Shown: positions 62,192 through 64,000 of the stretch, piece by piece
How positions within the stretch are numbered: position 1 is the stretch's first letter
How the letters are laid out: each line of letters starts with the position of its first letter
NCBI GenBank assembly: GCA_051294375.1
Contig: CM119264.1
Span: forward strand, 14,410,682 to 14,474,681
Length of the DNA stretch: 64,000 nt
Source: Paraspadella gotoi
Taxonomy: Eukaryota > Animalia > Chaetognatha
Reading direction: 5' to 3'
Notes under the pieces: generated by a model
Databases searched by the model: none
Seen by the model: the letters and a program-made list of their open reading frames with translations, nothing else
Told to the model about the DNA's origin: nothing
Position numbers and translations under genes: made by a program

Positions 62192-62880
62192 ACTAATGTC
62201 TTACTGTTTTTAAGCAGCAAAAAAAATCTAGAAAACATTCTTTCTCTTTCAGAAATCTTAGAATTAGTTTCGACTTAGCGGTCTACATGCCATACTTACA
62301 TATTATTTGACATCTTCTTTACTCTTTCAGCTGAATATGTAAAGAAGCTGAAACTACTTCGGCAGTGCGTTTAATTACTCGTTTAATAACAAACGCAGAA
62401 CATTGATGAAGATGTGGAAGACACTCCGCAAGGAATTATATGTACAGTTTAAAAACAGTACTCCCAATAACTCATAAATTAGTATCTCAAAGAGGAAAAT
62501 CAAAAGATATAAAATTTAAACAAAGACAAATAGTAAAAATTAAATCAACAACCCTGAATCTATTAATAATAATTAAAAGTTTTGAAAAAAAATTGTCTTG
62601 CACGTCTAAAATAAATAGTTTTTAAAGACAAAGGAATTTTTTATACAAGAACTTGAATTTTCGGATGACAAAACGTTACCTTAGTTACAACAATTCATGA
62701 TTCAGATTCATGACTAACAAGTTTGTGAATAAGATTGGAGAATATTGTGATACTGGCAACAATTGCTAGACACAGGGCGAGAGATACAGAATGATAGGCA
62801 TATAAAAGATAAAAAGATAGAGGAAACAAGTTTGAGCAAACAATGTCGGAACTGCCTACGATAATTAAGTGGGTGGCCGT

Positions 62881-62988
62881 GGTATTCCTTCCACTCGGGA
62901 TTCTTCCCAACTGGATTCCTCCCACACGGGATTCCTCCCACGTGGGTTTCCTCCCCATGGGATTCCTCCCACTCGGGTTTCCTCCCCA
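62881..62988. repeat. Tandem repeat, ~15-18 bp unit GGATTCCTCCCACTCG; 18-bp unit x3 also at 63162-63211
   Basis: Direct inspection. Confidence 0.85.
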
Positions 62989-63571
62989 GCTAAGGAGATG
63001 ATAAATCACGATAATTCTTTCTGACTTTAAAATTGTGATCTCAACAGGTTATAACAAATCATAACTTAACAAATCATAACAGATTTCTTAATAAATCTAT
63101 GAAAAAATCTGTAAATCAATTGATCTATCAAAGAACCAGTAGATGTGCCAATAACTTCTTGCATAATTTGGTCAACTTGTATAATTTGGTCAACTTGAAT
63201 TATTTGGTCAAAATTTTTTTGATAACAGATCATTAGATTATAAATCATAACAGATTTCGTAATAAATCATTAAAATTATTAATCAATCAGTCAATAAACT
63301 TAAAAATTAAGTAATTAATGTTTTTATCTGTGAGAAAAAAAGAGAGAGACAAAGAGAGAGAGTAAATGTGACTTGTTTTTTCCATTAAAACTATAAGTCA
63401 AAAAAATATAAATAAATGTGACTTTTGTTTTTTCCTTTTAAACCCATTTCCACATGCACGATTCCATCGAAATTTTATAACCAGCTTAATCACACACTTT
63501 CCTACCCACACACAAAATTTTACTCCAATCCATCCATCCAATCACGAGTAATTGGAGTTTAATAATAAGGG

Positions 63572-63742
63572 GGGACGGACAGACGGATGGACGGACAGAC
63601 ATCATTTTTTATGCATAATTTATCATAAAATTATGTTCTGACATAACCTAAGTAATTTACCGAAAAGATTTAGGGGTGGGACCGACGGACCGCCAAGGTG
63701 GATTATAAAGTCAGAATCTGCGCTAAGCGGATCCAACTAGAA
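63572..63742 (-). mobile_element. Helentron/DINE-like repeat fragment
   Basis: (GACG/GACA)n tract and terminal hairpin, similar to 23185-23275. Confidence 0.45.
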
Positions 63743-64000
63743 AGTCAATCATTAATTTGTTCACCAATTTCCTTGTTGGCCGAAGGTCTTTCCAAAGCCA
63801 GCATCCTAATTTTAAAAGGAACAGTCATTTCAAGTTGTTGATGATTACATGATGGTTAGATTTATCTTCATTTATCTATTTGTTAATTTATATATTTAAC
63901 ATCTATTTTTTAATTGCTAAGTATATTAACTAAAACAACTCAGTAAAGTTGTTCCAACTTCAAAGAATAATCGCGGCGCAACCTAAAAGAATTCTTTTTT

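Noticed and set aside
62881-63211. Short regularly spaced repeats as a CRISPR array
   Set aside because: Contiguous tandem units without unique spacers, eukaryotic context, no cas genes

Overview
AT-rich, intron-containing animal (invertebrate-type) genomic DNA with short introns, many microsatellites and four N-gaps (5036-5060, 19440-19464, 28040-28060, 36377-36401). I reconstructed spliced genes by hand: a GT10 alpha-1,3-fucosyltransferase; a long acidic protein with two C-terminal hydrophobic segments; a GPI-anchored Ly6/three-finger-like protein; an alpha-carbonic anhydrase with compact, non-metazoan-style loops; a single-pass LDLa membrane protein; and, at 47.7-62.4 kb, an apparent innate-immunity block. 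That block holds a 9-exon, fully in-frame TIR_2-SAM-BPI/LBP fusion gene without a visible signal peptide, head-to-head with three tandem ITM2-like BRICHOS genes, two of which end in divergent cationic peptides. Minimal type I hammerhead ribozyme motifs lie sense-oriented in introns of two of these genes. Mobile DNA includes Tc1-type derivatives and MITEs, a decayed hAT-like transposon, a tRNA-derived SINE, Helentron/DINE-like ends and a solo-LTR-like insert. Two large duplications (18.1-21.0 kb inverted; 23.2-35.3 kb tandem) have indel-riddled second copies and are probably assembly artefacts or alleles. All domain calls come from motif recognition by eye; no searches were run.
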